From NCBI GenBank assembly GCA_024704765.1, contig JAKMXF010000302.1, positions 529,136 to 538,203 on the forward strand: 9,068 nucleotides of DNA, in the 5' to 3' direction. Below the pieces are notes generated by a model. That model saw only the letters and a list, made by a program, of their open reading frames with translations. It was not told the DNA's origin and ran no database searches. The translations under genes and the position numbers were made by a program. Positions 6,302 to 9,068 of the stretch are shown here, one piece after another. The DNA is from Oopsacas minuta. Lineage: Eukaryota > Animalia > Porifera. The first letter of the stretch is position 1; each line of letters begins with the position of its first letter.

Positions 6302-6528
6302 TTAGTGAACTAGAAATTACTGTCTACTAGTGTTTCCCCTTTAGTTTTGTAGAGTTAACTTGCTAGTTTATTTATCATTAGAGTATTATTGCTATTATTA
6401 TGTAATATTGTTATAACATCTATTCCCATAATTATGTTCTTTATATCTTATAATGCTAGACTGCAAGAATTCAATGGAGACAGATGGAGTACAGCCTTAT
6501 AATGTCAGTCAGTTTACCATATCTAATA

Positions 6529-7767
6529 TTATTGGTGGAACAAGAAGCGTGCGATATTTTCTAACTCAGCGCTATCGAAAGCTTCCACCTCCATCAGAAA
6601 CTCCTCCCACTGTTCAATTCCTTGTTCATAGTATTCAATAACTGTTTCATGTAGATCGGTGAAATCGTCAAAAGCATTTTCAGTTAATGCCAGAAGATGA
6701 ATAGCAATTTCAGGTGTCACAATATCAGCCCCCTCATATCCTTCTAGACACCCGTCCTCGTCCTCAAAGCTGATAGTACTACTCCACTTACGGAAATAGG
6801 CGAATAATCTTTCTATTTCCTGTTGGCGTGAGTCAATCCAGTGACTTGAATATATGAAATTATGAATATCCTCTCTGTGTTCGCTCATGATCTCGTATTC
6901 TTGGTATTGATTGCATTCGTATTGTGAGAGAAATTCTCTTGCCCTGTTAAGTTCGAATTGAAACTTGTCACATATAGATAGGAATTCGAGTTGTTCAAGA
7001 TAAGTGGACAGTTTGTCATCTATTGCCAAATCCCAAACCTCCTGGACATCAGGCATAGATTCTTCGAAATTATCCGAGTCGAAATCTTCCTCAGAACGTA
7101 TCAGGAAAATTTCATCGTATTGATCTTTGAGTTTTCTATAAAGAAACAATGAAGCATGTTGAGTCTGGAGTTCTTTTCCTCTCTTTTTCAGTACATCTAT
7201 GCCTAATTCATCAGGTTTGTAGCTGGGTATACAATCCTGGAGGATGTTACAAATAGGTTTTTTCGCGACCAGTTCTTTGATGGCATTGAAATCCTTCAAT
7301 ATATCAGGACATTTAACAAGGATAGAATTTAACGCTGGGGTAACGCGTGGAGCAAAGCAGGTATCAAAATCTTTACACTCTAGCATGAGTCTACCAGCTA
7401 GAGAATGTAGTTTGACAGCAATAAATAGAAGAGGGTCAAATGCTGTATCTTCATCCAAATAGAACCCATCTTCATCAAGTTTATCAATTAGGATATCAAT
7501 CCATTTATCACTCCAGTTGACAAGAGTATCTTTAGAAATGCTTGTAAGGACCAAGGATGATGTAGAAGTGCAACTATTTGCTAATTCCAGATCGTAAGAT
7601 GTATAATACTTGTCCCAAACCTCATCAATTTCCCTTATAGACATCATATAAGCGCGAGGGCAATACAATATAATAATAGAGCGTAGCTCTTGTTGGACTG
7701 TCACGAGTTTTCTCCCTGCCAGCCAAGTGGAGCAGAGACCATTTATAAGTACAGAAGGATTTTCCAT
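6529..7767 (-). CDS. Uncharacterised acidic, probably alpha-helical protein (412 aa, intronless); possibly the 3' part of a longer gene broken by a stop
   Basis: Long open frame from ATG 7767, D/E-rich with coding-like composition. No domain recognised. Confidence 0.65.
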   Translation of the reverse strand: MENPSVLINGLCSTWLAGRKLVTVQQELRSIIILYCPRAYMMSIREIDEVWDKYYTSYDLELANSCTSTSSLVLTSISKDTLVNWSDKWIDILIDKLDEDGFYLDEDTAFDPLLFIAVKLHSLAGRLMLECKDFDTCFAPRVTPALNSILVKCPDILKDFNAIKELVAKKPICNILQDCIPSYKPDELGIDVLKKRGKELQTQHASLFLYRKLKDQYDEIFLIRSEEDFDSDNFEESMPDVQEVWDLAIDDKLSTYLEQLEFLSICDKFQFELNRAREFLSQYECNQYQEYEIMSEHREDIHNFIYSSHWIDSRQQEIERLFAYFRKWSSTISFEDEDGCLEGYEGADIVTPEIAIHLLALTENAFDDFTDLHETVIEYYEQGIEQWEEFLMEVEAFDSAELENIARFLFHQ

Positions 7768-7779
7768 ATTCGATTCGCT

Positions 7780-8028
7780 CTATTCAGCTTTGAAGCTTAA
7801 CTCAATACCTGAGAGACAGGTAGAGCAATCACGTAGATAATCGATTTTAGATTTCATTTGGCCTGGTAAGAGAGCATCTGAGAAAATTCTAGAAAGATTC
7901 TTGACATCTTCATCAATACAATTCCCGGTATCCCTGAGTATTTGGTGCAACTCTTTGAATTGCGTTTTTTGCAATCTCTTGCATTCACTGAGTGGAGGAA
8001 GATGGTTTAAATCACTGTGTATCCTCAT
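7780..8028 (-). pseudogene. 82-codon ORF in the same frame as the 412-aa ORF, separated from it by one TAG
   Basis: ...AAA GCT GAA TAG AGC GAA TCG AAT ATG GAA... The TAG is at 7782-7780 and the next ATG follows 12 nt later, in frame. Confidence 0.55.
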
Positions 8029-8080
8029 AGAGACTAAGATATATTTTAATTTTGATCAGACTAATACCATAACTAATATG

Positions 8081-8293
8081 TCATATCCCTGCAGCCCAGC
8101 GTATCCCGGTAAAATAAAACGTAGGAGTGGCTGTGACCAGCTGTTCTACGGTAACGAAAATACCTCCCTACAGGAGCTGCACTAACAACACAAATATAAG
8201 AACAAAACTGAACTCAAGGTTCTTACTAGCTAGAATGCATAAAATAAAACCTGCAGCTAAGAATGTTTGAATAAGAAAATAGAAAAGAGACTG
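8081..8293 (-). pseudogene. Remnant resembling the transmembrane domain of an ABC-2-type (ABCG/White-like) transporter
   Basis: Translation QSLFYFLIQTFLAAGFILCILASKNLEFSFVLIFVLLVQLL*GGIFVTVEQLVTATPTFYFTGIRWAAGI* follows the ABCG pattern G..I.A...N.E......LL.GG.F.....L......Y....R[YW]A. Internal TAG at 8170-8168. Recognised by eye only. Confidence 0.42.
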
Positions 8294-9068
8294 TGGTAAC
8301 GAATTGCTATGAGGGATTCGATCACGTATGACTTCCCAATAGGAGCGATTCGTGGTGGTGAGTCTGTACTTTCAAAATCGGGGGAGAACTTAAGAGGAGG
8401 TATGTTAACTCGGTTTTAAGAGAGGAGGAAGTATTTGATCATCTAGGAATGAATTGTATGTTTTGAACCGTATCATTGTTGGATTGTATTGAAATCAAGC
8501 GTTGTTCGCTCAAATAGTATTAGCACAATGCATCAGCAATCTGGAAAATACGAATAACAATGAATTCAATGAAATTCAGATAAAATTAGATTTGTATTGT
8601 AGATTAGATAAATTGGGGTATATTGGAGTAAAAAATGGGGTTTCAATTTTCTAGAAATGACCCCTATGATAACGTAGGACCTTAAGGGTATGAGACTCTG
8701 TTATTGCATAACTAATAAATTCGGAAACTTTCATAAGATGTGTTGAAGATTTAGAAATTAAACCTCTAACAAAATGGATAAAAGGATGAAAGGAAATTTG
8801 AATTAAAAGAATGTATGAAATTGAAAATGAAAATTAGAAGCAAGTTCTGGTTCCAGAGGGGTACATATAGAGGCTTATCTATATGGAGATGAACTAATAT
8901 ATGTATAATTTGTAAACACCTAAAAATATGTTTTATTCATATATCCAACAAATATTTGAAAATGTTCCAGAATTCACTTATGTGACGTCATTAACGTCTT
9001 ATCACTTTTCAAAAATGTGTTTTCTCAGATGTTATTACAAATTTTAGTATTTGCTAATAAGAGTCTCT

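Noticed and set aside
2882-7462. Short antisense ORFs (2882-3073, 4068-4262, 4950-5156, 5352-5546, 5743-5985, 6453-6641, 7244-7462)
   Set aside because: They overlap real genes on the opposite strand or in another frame, mostly use non-ATG starts, and carry no motifs.
8309-8904. Protein-like plus-strand fragments (e.g. FKIGGELKRRYVNSVLREEEVFDHLG; LFAQIVLAQCISNLE...KLDLYCRLDKLGYIG)
   Set aside because: All are under about 55 codons, lie in different frames with many stops, and match no family I recognise. They could be a very old relic, but only TBLASTX could support that.
8983-8990. Perfect CRE palindrome TGACGTCA (tempting link to the eIF2-alpha/ATF4 pathway)
   Set aside because: It is a single 8-mer about 2.7 kb from the kinase with other ORFs in between, no TSS is known, and chance cannot be excluded.
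1-9068. Prokaryotic features (CRISPR, operon, toxin-antitoxin, retron) and tRNA/rRNA genes
   Set aside because: There is no repeat-spacer array and no recognisable structured RNA. The spliceosomal introns, hAT elements and eIF2-alpha kinase indicate eukaryotic nuclear DNA.

Overview
AT-rich eukaryotic DNA, probably from a compact animal-type genome, judging by its very short GT-AG introns. It is not prokaryotic, so the ORF track (which accepts GTG/TTG starts) misses or mis-starts several genes. (1) Bases 1-4504 on the minus strand hold a six-exon long coiled-coil gene that I rebuilt by hand. All its introns are phase 0 and the gene runs off the left edge. It has been hit by two hAT-superfamily DNA transposons and has a 1-nt frameshift. 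(2) A 472-bp non-autonomous hAT (Buster/Charlie-like MITE, 802-1273) sits inside a coding exon. Its duplicated target site supplies a GT and an AG that could splice it out in frame, as Introner elements do. (3) A 2261-bp hAT element (1868-4128, perfect 8-bp TSD) encodes an intact 563-aa BED-finger DDE transposase. It is inserted 3 nt into a formerly 62-nt intron and leaves the donor site intact. (4) An intronless eIF2-alpha kinase domain (HRI/PERK/PKR family, 4994-6301, minus) has no in-frame ATG. (5) An unrecognised acidic helical ORF (6529-7767, minus) is joined in frame, across one TAG, to an 82-codon ORF. (6) A stop-interrupted fragment resembles an ABC-2/ABCG membrane domain (8081-8293, minus). 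There is also an (ATT)18 microsatellite. No rRNA, tRNA or CRISPR array was seen. All calls come from manual reading, with no database search.
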